Source: a virus. Taken from it: DNA of 41,778 nucleotides. Shown piece after piece: positions 35,414 to 41,778 of the stretch (its first letter is position 1; each line of letters begins with the position of its first letter). Under the pieces are notes generated by a model, which saw nothing but the letters and a program-made list of their open reading frames with translations, was not told the origin of the DNA and did no database searches. The stretch lies in the UHGV virus genome UHGV-0176688; one strand, written 5' to 3'. The position numbers were made by a program, and so were the translations under genes.

Positions 35414-35483
35414 TTTTTGCCCTTACTAGCGTGCGTATTAAGTGGACTCTGGTCAGAACCCGGTCCGTAACCGGGTATCTGTT

Positions 35484-35786
35484 TTAGTATTTGTGAGGGT
35501 CGAGATACAAGTCCTCGGCCTTTCCGTTAACCCACTTAAAAATTAACCTATATTGCTTATTCACCCTTACTGATGAATAGCCATTTAGCTTCCCTGACAG
35601 TTCCTCATACCGATTACCTGGTGGTGATCTTAAATCCTTACAGGTAGTTGCGGCATTGATAATGTCCAACTTCCGTGACAATGTCATATGAATATCAGGA
35701 GGTATCTTTCTATGTGGTGTTGAAAATTCAAAAAAATCATCAAGCCACGCATCCCTGAAATCCTTTATGTTAATTTTTTTGGTCAT
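35484..35786 (-). CDS. higB: HigB toxin (RelE/ParE superfamily)
   Basis: LRSPPGNRYEELSGKLNGYSSVRVNKQYRLIFKWVNGKAEDLYLDPH. Confidence 0.8.
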   Translation of the reverse strand: MTKKINIKDFRDAWLDDFFEFSTPHRKIPPDIHMTLSRKLDIINAATTCKDLRSPPGNRYEELSGKLNGYSSVRVNKQYRLIFKWVNGKAEDLYLDPHKY

Positions 35787-35948
35787 TAGTCATTTGATCC
35801 TCCGTGATGATTACCGAATGCCATAACTATATCGCACCGTTGCACTGTGCGCAAGTGCATTTTATGAATTCCCCCCCCTTCATCCAAAATCACAATCTCC
35901 AGAAAATCTTCCTTTCGATACCTGACAGATCGACCTTTGAGGATGCTT

Positions 35949-36740
35949 ATGGGCCGTTTTGACGAATGGTTTGCTGACGATGCAAACCTGGCAAGTAAGG
36001 AGTCAGAACATGACAGCACGCAGAGAGAAACGCCAGCGCCGATTGAAGCGAATGCAGGAGGCGCGCCGGAACATGGCAATACCGGATCGGATTCATTCAG
36101 CATTCTGGAAGAGCAACCCGCCGCCAAAGCTGATAGCCATGATAATTTTGCTGATAGCAACGCTGGCCTTACTCCGGATGCTGGCGAATCAGATATAGCC
36201 ATACTTCCACCTTCCCTGGCTGGCAGAGAACCAACTCCACAGCTAAAAGCACGCTATAACGGGCATAAAGCCTTTAACGACCAAATCCGCGCAGACTGGA
36301 TGCTGATTATTGAATCCAGCCCAGACGCGTTTCAGGCTCTCTTATATCGACCAGATGTTGGCACATATGGGGTAGTCAGCGACGAAACAGGAGAAGAGTC
36401 ATTCACTGAACTGGATAACAACCAACGCGAACTGACTTACCAGGAACCTGAAATCGTTTATGTGCTGGATAACCCGGACGGGCGTGACTCTTTCCATGCG
36501 ATTGACGCAGACGGTGAGCAGGATGGCTTAACCGATGATGTTCTGATTCTGCGTATTGCAGCAAATAACGTCCCCGTCGGATCAATTCTTGAATGGAATG
36601 AAGAGATGGTAAACGGCGTAGCCCGCCGCTGGTGGTACGTGCACCGTATTTTTAGCTACGGCACACAGCATGTTGGTTCGCTTTACTACTGCATACCTGC
36701 CAGGAATTTTGATACGACTCAAAACGGAGTGATCGAATGA
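35949..36740 (+). CDS. Phage morphogenesis operon protein, function unassigned
   Basis: RBS GAGG before ATG 35949; acidic; first of four coupled genes ending in a baseplate spike. Confidence 0.5.
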   Translation: MGRFDEWFADDANLASKESEHDSTQRETPAPIEANAGGAPEHGNTGSDSFSILEEQPAAKADSHDNFADSNAGLTPDAGESDIAILPPSLAGREPTPQLKARYNGHKAFNDQIRADWMLIIESSPDAFQALLYRPDVGTYGVVSDETGEESFTELDNNQRELTYQEPEIVYVLDNPDGRDSFHAIDADGEQDGLTDDVLILRIAANNVPVGSILEWNEEMVNGVARRWWYVHRIFSYGTQHVGSLYYCIPARNFDTTQNGVIE

Positions 36741-37504
36741 CTTCAAATAAAACCCTCCTGGCGCGAACAGGTGAATGGCAAACCTCACGCACAGGAAAAT
36801 TCCAGACCACGGGCTTTGAAAACGTGGATAACGCGTTTGCGACGCTAATCAGCAACATTTTTTCTGATATCTTACTGGTGGCCCCCGCGCCGGAAGAAAA
36901 ACGCTTTGCGTCATTCCTGAATCGTCCACCAGCAGAGCGTGTCTATGTGGCCCGTTTCGACAATGCGATCGAGTTTCTTAAAGCAGTTCGTCGCGCAAAT
37001 GCCGGGCAAGGGAGAAAACCTGAAAACCAGAACATTAACCGGGATGCTCTCCCCCTGGTCAATATCTCACGCACTATGGATATCAATTATATCAACGATG
37101 ATCAGCAGATTGACCGCAAAAAAGTAGCCAGTTTTTGCGAACCGGATACCGGAATGCCTTTAGCAGAACTGGAATACACCCAGGCCATTCTGACGTATGA
37201 CGTTACGTTAATGGCAACTGATAAAGCGACCATGAGTCTGATGTGTAATTCGCTGGGCGCACGGCTTCGCCTGATGACAGGTACACAATTTGAAGCAACC
37301 ACTCACCTTGTTCGTGTTCCGGTCCCGCTGATTTGCTCGATACAGGATGCCAAAGAAGTCGGCTTTACGGATGTTTCAGCACCAATTGGAGAAGAGCGTA
37401 TTTATGCCACACAAGCGCCGATAAGTGTGATTGCAGACGTGATCACAGCATGGGAGTTGGACGCAAAACGTATTATTACCGAAACCTCGATATCTATGGG
37501 GTGA
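36737..37504 (+). CDS. Phage morphogenesis operon protein, function unassigned
   Basis: ATGA overlap with upstream gene; 255 aa. Confidence 0.5.
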   Translation: MTSNKTLLARTGEWQTSRTGKFQTTGFENVDNAFATLISNIFSDILLVAPAPEEKRFASFLNRPPAERVYVARFDNAIEFLKAVRRANAGQGRKPENQNINRDALPLVNISRTMDINYINDDQQIDRKKVASFCEPDTGMPLAELEYTQAILTYDVTLMATDKATMSLMCNSLGARLRLMTGTQFEATTHLVRVPVPLICSIQDAKEVGFTDVSAPIGEERIYATQAPISVIADVITAWELDAKRIITETSISMG

Positions 37505-37507
37505 TAA

Positions 37508-38488
37508 GTGGCCCAGGAGTTACAACAATATTTTCTACAGTCAGTGCTCATTAACGATAACAAAGTGCCACGAGACTGGATTTTTACCGCAGTATATGTA
37601 GAAAAAACCAGCCTCAAAGCCCCTTTGCTAAAACTGGAAATTCATGACGCTACCGGCACCGTAATTGATGACTGGAAAGCCAAATACGGTGCATCGCTGG
37701 TGGCTGAAATGGGCGATCCAAACGGTAATGCAGGCACTTTTAAAACAGATTTCTTTGTTACGTCTGCAATGCTGGCTGGTGATGTTGTTACCGTTATTGC
37801 TGTCAGTGAAGACGTGCGCAGGTTTAAGATCCCCTCCCCGCGCACAAATTTACATACCAACAAAACACCAGACGCTATATTCAAGGCATATTCCGGCAAG
37901 CTTAAAATTACCAGCAGCGTGCTAAAACGCGCAGTTACATATCATCTGAATGCCGGTGACAAACCGTCAAAAATGCTTTCGGAGATAGCGCGAGACAAAG
38001 GTGCATTGTGTTGGGTATGTCGGGGGGAATTTAACTTTTACACCCTGGCTGATCTGATGAAGCAAACGCCATCATTTACCTACGAGGGGAATAACCCTAA
38101 AGCAGAATACACTTTGTCAAAAATGCGCCTACTCCAACAGGAACATGCGACAACAGCAAAGAATCAATATCGTTTTGTTGGGTATTCCATGACCGATGGC
38201 TACGTCGAATATGGCGATAGCTCACTCCCAGTGCGTTATATATCCGACTCTGATATGGAAACTCTTCGCAATATGCAGCTGTCTCTCGTCCCCAAAATGG
38301 ATATAGAAGTCGCAGGCAATCCGGATATAAAACCGGGGATGGTAATAGAGATTATCGTATACCGCTATGACCAGGAAAACCGCATTGATGAATCAATGCC
38401 CCGCAAGCTGATAGTAAAAAATGTTGCGCACTTTGAAGACCGCGTAGGCTACACAACACGAATGATATTAGGAGTGCCGAACAAATGA
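37508..38488 (+). CDS. Phage tail/baseplate protein (possible hub, by adjacency to spike)
   Basis: GTG start; 326 aa; immediately precedes gpV-like spike. Confidence 0.4.
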   Translation: MAQELQQYFLQSVLINDNKVPRDWIFTAVYVEKTSLKAPLLKLEIHDATGTVIDDWKAKYGASLVAEMGDPNGNAGTFKTDFFVTSAMLAGDVVTVIAVSEDVRRFKIPSPRTNLHTNKTPDAIFKAYSGKLKITSSVLKRAVTYHLNAGDKPSKMLSEIARDKGALCWVCRGEFNFYTLADLMKQTPSFTYEGNNPKAEYTLSKMRLLQQEHATTAKNQYRFVGYSMTDGYVEYGDSSLPVRYISDSDMETLRNMQLSLVPKMDIEVAGNPDIKPGMVIEIIVYRYDQENRIDESMPRKLIVKNVAHFEDRVGYTTRMILGVPNK

Positions 38489-39138
38489 AGCGTAGAGCGC
38501 AAATTGTTGGAACTGTGCACCCGGCAGGGCTTATGCGTGCTCAGGTCCGTGTTTTACCAGACTGGAATGGCGTTCCTGATGACGATCTACCCTGGGCAGA
38601 ATACCTGTTACCCATAGGTAACGCGTTTGTACCTACAGTAAAAGGCGACCTGGTATGGGTAGAGTTTCCTTATCTGGATGTTAATGGTCGAATTGATACC
38701 AGACGCCCAATGATAGTTGGCGCAGCTCAGGATGCGCCTGGCGGAGTACCAAACGTCGCGCCGGAGGCGTCAGGCAATGGTAGCGGCTGGACGCCACCAG
38801 AAGTAGACGGAGCGCCTCCCCGCCCGCAATTTTCGGCGACAAAAGATTTCGTGATTCACCGCAACAATGTGCTCGAAGTGCGAACGGCTGGCGGTGGATA
38901 TGAAATAGCGAATACGGCAGCAGGCTCAAGGATTGGAATGAATGAATCAGGGCAGATATACATCATTGGTCCGGCTGATGTAGTAGTGAATGCGGGAGGG
39001 AGTGTTAACGTCAAATCAGCCGATAACATCAGCGTTAATGGCAAAAACATTATTGTGACAGCCGACGAAAATATTGATTTCAAGGCTGGAGGCACCTTCC
39101 AGGCTATCGCAAGCAACTTTGATTTCAAGAAGGGATAG
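38485..39138 (+). CDS. Baseplate spike/assembly protein V-like
   Basis: N-terminal domain IVGTVHPAGLMRAQVRVLPDWNGVPDDDLPWAEYLLPIGN...KGDLVWVEF resembles gpV/Mu gp45 family. Confidence 0.6.
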   Translation: MKRRAQIVGTVHPAGLMRAQVRVLPDWNGVPDDDLPWAEYLLPIGNAFVPTVKGDLVWVEFPYLDVNGRIDTRRPMIVGAAQDAPGGVPNVAPEASGNGSGWTPPEVDGAPPRPQFSATKDFVIHRNNVLEVRTAGGGYEIANTAAGSRIGMNESGQIYIIGPADVVVNAGGSVNVKSADNISVNGKNIIVTADENIDFKAGGTFQAIASNFDFKKG

Positions 39139-39150
39139 AAAACACATCCA

Positions 39151-39188
39151 TTTATGTTAGATAATTGAATATAATTTTCTAACATAAA
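39151..39188. promoter_or_regulatory. Inverted pair of operator-like motifs upstream of rdgC
   Basis: ttATGTTAGAtaattgaatataatTTTCTAACATaaa; 8-bp inverted arms. Confidence 0.5.
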
Positions 39189-39197
39189 TGGTGAAAC

Positions 39198-40103
39198 ATG
39201 AGATCAGTCGCTTTCAAAAACATCTTCATCTATCGTCTTTCACGTGAAGTTAACTGGAGTGCCGCAGAAGTATCCGATGCTCTTAGCAAATTCGTGTTTA
39301 CTCCTTGCGGTTCTCAGGACACAGCTAAAGTCGGTTGGACACCTGTTCTTGGTGACAACCTCACCCATGAATACCAGGGTTTTCTTCTGATACAGCATAA
39401 ACGAGAGGAAAAAATCCTACCCTCTCAAGTGCTCAAAGAAGAGTTACAGAAAAAAATCCTGACACTTGAAGAAGAGCAAGACAGAAAGCTGAAGAAGACT
39501 GAAAAAGATTCGCTGAAGGATGAAGTGCTTCACTCTCTTCTTCCTCGTGCTTTCACGAAAAAATCAGTCGCTAAAATCCTGATAGACCGAAGCAATCATC
39601 TGGTTTTTGTCGAGGCCAGCAGTGCTAAAAAAGCAGAGGATCAGCTGGCTTTGTTACGGAAATCGCTTGGCAGCTTGCCCGTTGTCCCCTTCTCTCCGAA
39701 AGCCCCATTAGAACTGACCATCACTGGCTGGATTAAAAATGGCTTCCCGAACGGTTTCCGTGCCGGTGAGGAAGCGACCTTAAAAGCATTGCTTGATGAT
39801 GGCGGCGCGGTCCGCTGCAAAAAAGTGGACCTGCTATCCGACGAAATCATGAGTCATATAGAAGCTGGTAAGGTTGCAACCACAGTTGCGGTTAACTGGC
39901 AAGACCGTGCATTTTTCAGACTGAATGACGATATGAGTATCAAGGCTTTGTCGTTCAGCGACGAATTGTACGACCAGAACGACGATATTGATCGAGAGGA
40001 TGTTGCGCAACGATTTGACGCTGACTTTATCCTGTTTACTGCTGAATTATCCGCGATGTTCACTTCGCTGGTGGAGGCCGTTGGTGGTGAAGCAGAACGT
40101 TAA
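39198..40103 (+). CDS. rdgC: Recombination-associated protein RdgC
   Basis: Extensive identity to E. coli RdgC as recalled ([12 protein letters not shown]..., [53 protein letters not shown]). Confidence 0.9.
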   Translation: MRSVAFKNIFIYRLSREVNWSAAEVSDALSKFVFTPCGSQDTAKVGWTPVLGDNLTHEYQGFLLIQHKREEKILPSQVLKEELQKKILTLEEEQDRKLKKTEKDSLKDEVLHSLLPRAFTKKSVAKILIDRSNHLVFVEASSAKKAEDQLALLRKSLGSLPVVPFSPKAPLELTITGWIKNGFPNGFRAGEEATLKALLDDGGAVRCKKVDLLSDEIMSHIEAGKVATTVAVNWQDRAFFRLNDDMSIKALSFSDELYDQNDDIDREDVAQRFDADFILFTAELSAMFTSLVEAVGGEAER

Positions 40104-40116
40104 CAATAGACCTCTG

Positions 40117-40767
40117 ATGGTGAGTCTTTGTGATTTCACGGGGAAAATGGTCGCCCCCTGGCTGGAGCATGGTATAGATGCTGTTATCGTCGATCCACAA
40201 CACGCAGAGACCAGAGATGAGCTGATGCAATCAGGCGCAGTTCTGACACGTATCAGTGCGATTATCGATAGTGATGAAGTTTATGCTTTTCTCCGAAATA
40301 ATTTTCAACGTATTGTGTTTTTAGCTGGTTTTCCGCCGTGCACGGACCTTGCTGTTTCCGGTGCGCGCTGGTTTGCGCATAAGGCTGACAAAGATCCGTT
40401 TTTCCAGTTCAAAGCAATGCAGGTTGTCTGGCAGTGTTACGACATTGCAAAGATGATTGGTTGCCCGTACATGATTGAAAACCCGGTCAGCCAAATATCG
40501 ACATTCTGGCGTAAACCTGATCACATCTTCCATCCTTACCACTTCACTGCATATTGCAAGGAAGACAATTACACCAAAAAAACATGCCTCTGGAGCGGGC
40601 AGGGCTTTGTCATGCCTGATGCCCTAATGGACGAATCATTAGGCAAGCCAGATAACAGAATCCATACCGCGCCACCTGGACCTGAAAGGGCTAATTTCCG
40701 AAGTGCTACTCCGCATGGATTCGCAAAGGCAGTTTTCGAAGCGAATAAGGGGGTGCTCTATGAGTAA
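40117..40767 (+). CDS. Compact C5-cytosine DNA methyltransferase-like protein
   Basis: Motif IV AGFPPCTDLAVSG and motif VI MIENP, motif I-like LCDFTG; only about 216 aa so atypical; start uncertain (40117 or 40147). Confidence 0.45.
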   Translation: MVSLCDFTGKMVAPWLEHGIDAVIVDPQHAETRDELMQSGAVLTRISAIIDSDEVYAFLRNNFQRIVFLAGFPPCTDLAVSGARWFAHKADKDPFFQFKAMQVVWQCYDIAKMIGCPYMIENPVSQISTFWRKPDHIFHPYHFTAYCKEDNYTKKTCLWSGQGFVMPDALMDESLGKPDNRIHTAPPGPERANFRSATPHGFAKAVFEANKGVLYE

Positions 40768-41665
40768 ATCTATAGCAAGCATAGCCATAGAAAAACAGGA
40801 TACGATAGCTGAAATTAGCTATATGCGCACCATTCGGACTCAGGATGAATATGAGCGCCCGATCTTCAAATGGGTAGGCGGTAAATTCTCAGAGTTGCCT
40901 ACAGTGCTTGAGCATCTACCACACGGCAAGCGGTTAATAGAACCATTCGTTGGTGGCGGTTCCGTATTTACGAATGCAGGATTTCGCCACAACCTGCTTA
41001 ATGATATTAACGGTGACCTAATTAACTTCTATCAGACATTGCAGCGAGAAGGACATTCGCTCGTCACGCTGTCATATAGTTTTTTCCAAAATTACAACAA
41101 CGCTGACGCTTACCTCGAAGTGCGTGAGGCGTTTAACAGAGGAAAGTATGACCAGCTACATCATGCTGCCGCCTTTTTGTACCTTAATCGGCACTGTTTT
41201 AATGGCGTAACGCGGTACAACCAAAATGGCGAGTTCAACGTGGGGTATGGCAAATACAAAGCGCCCTACTTCCCACATGCAGAGATGGAGGCATTTTTGG
41301 CTGATGACGTACTCAAAAACACGTCCTTTGTATCAGGTGACTTTGCTGGCGTCATCGAGGCGGCTGGTGAAGGCGATGTGATTTTTTGCGATCCGCCGTA
41401 TGAACCGCTGCCGGATACAGAAGGGTTTACCAGTTATTCAGGAAATAGCTTCCGTTTCGACGAACAGAAACGGCTGGTATCTCTATTGGTGGAAGCCCAC
41501 CAGCGCGGCGCTAAGGTAGTGATTACAAATAGTGGTGCGCCAAACATCCGTGAACTATATGAAGGAAACGGGTTTAAAGTACATCATATGGCAGCCAGAC
41601 GGTCGGTTTCCTGCAAGGCGTCAACACGTGTAGTTGCTAACGATATAATTGCAATAATGAAGTAA
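40760..41665 (+). CDS. dam: N6-adenine DNA methyltransferase (Dam family)
   Basis: KWVGGK and DPPY motifs; RBS AAGGGGG; start overlaps upstream gene. Confidence 0.85.
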   Translation: MSKSIASIAIEKQDTIAEISYMRTIRTQDEYERPIFKWVGGKFSELPTVLEHLPHGKRLIEPFVGGGSVFTNAGFRHNLLNDINGDLINFYQTLQREGHSLVTLSYSFFQNYNNADAYLEVREAFNRGKYDQLHHAAAFLYLNRHCFNGVTRYNQNGEFNVGYGKYKAPYFPHAEMEAFLADDVLKNTSFVSGDFAGVIEAAGEGDVIFCDPPYEPLPDTEGFTSYSGNSFRFDEQKRLVSLLVEAHQRGAKVVITNSGAPNIRELYEGNGFKVHHMAARRSVSCKASTRVVANDIIAIMK

Positions 41666-41697
41666 AAAACGCCGCAGTAGCGGCGTTTACTTTTTTA
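41665..41697 (+). terminator. Rho-independent terminator
   Basis: aaaaaaCGCCGCagtaGCGGCGtttactttttt. Confidence 0.8.
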
Positions 41698-41778
41698 TGT
41701 GGCGAAATACCTATTAACCTAACTTCGCCCAGGTATCACGCAGCCCAACGGTGCGGTTAAATACCGGTTTTTCCGCCG

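Noticed and set aside
35786-36202. 138-aa minus-strand track ORF
   Set aside because: Overlaps the RBS-supported plus-strand morphogenesis gene starting at 35949; Ala/Ser-rich translation typical of antisense GC-rich frames.

Overview
This window reads as a segment of a P1-family phage-plasmid, most like what I recall of Salmonella phage D6. Everything here is from reading the sequence and ORF translations by eye; no database search or folding was run, so family names are recollection-based. Backbone landmarks, in order: a tRNA array (Arg-TCT, Tyr-GTA, Thr-TGT, Ser-TGA, Ile2/Met-CAT) interleaved with a family of hairpin repeats; a PacA/PacB terminase pair with a GATC-dense pac-like cluster inside pacA; a convergent putative C1 repressor; a 32-bp rox-type site and a Cre-family (Dre-like) recombinase; a dUTPase/DUF2829 cargo operon; phd-doc and humD with a LexA box; two long leftward operons of small accessory genes (Toprim, PAPS-reductase-like, ASCH-like, HNH-like, PP1-type phosphatase, three Ea22-like paralogs, DUF4406); Ref; an immI-like icd/antirepressor module; AT-rich membrane/secreted cargo; higBA plus an extra HigA-like gene; baseplate genes; RdgC; and a C5-MTase-like/Dam pair. 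The strongest candidates for something new are a recurrent TTTCTAACA motif marking a probable C1 operator regulon, the tRNA-associated hairpin family, three DUF2829 (Tad2-like) domains, an RNA switch upstream of icd/ant, and an AT-rich membrane gene beside an orphan HigA-like regulator.
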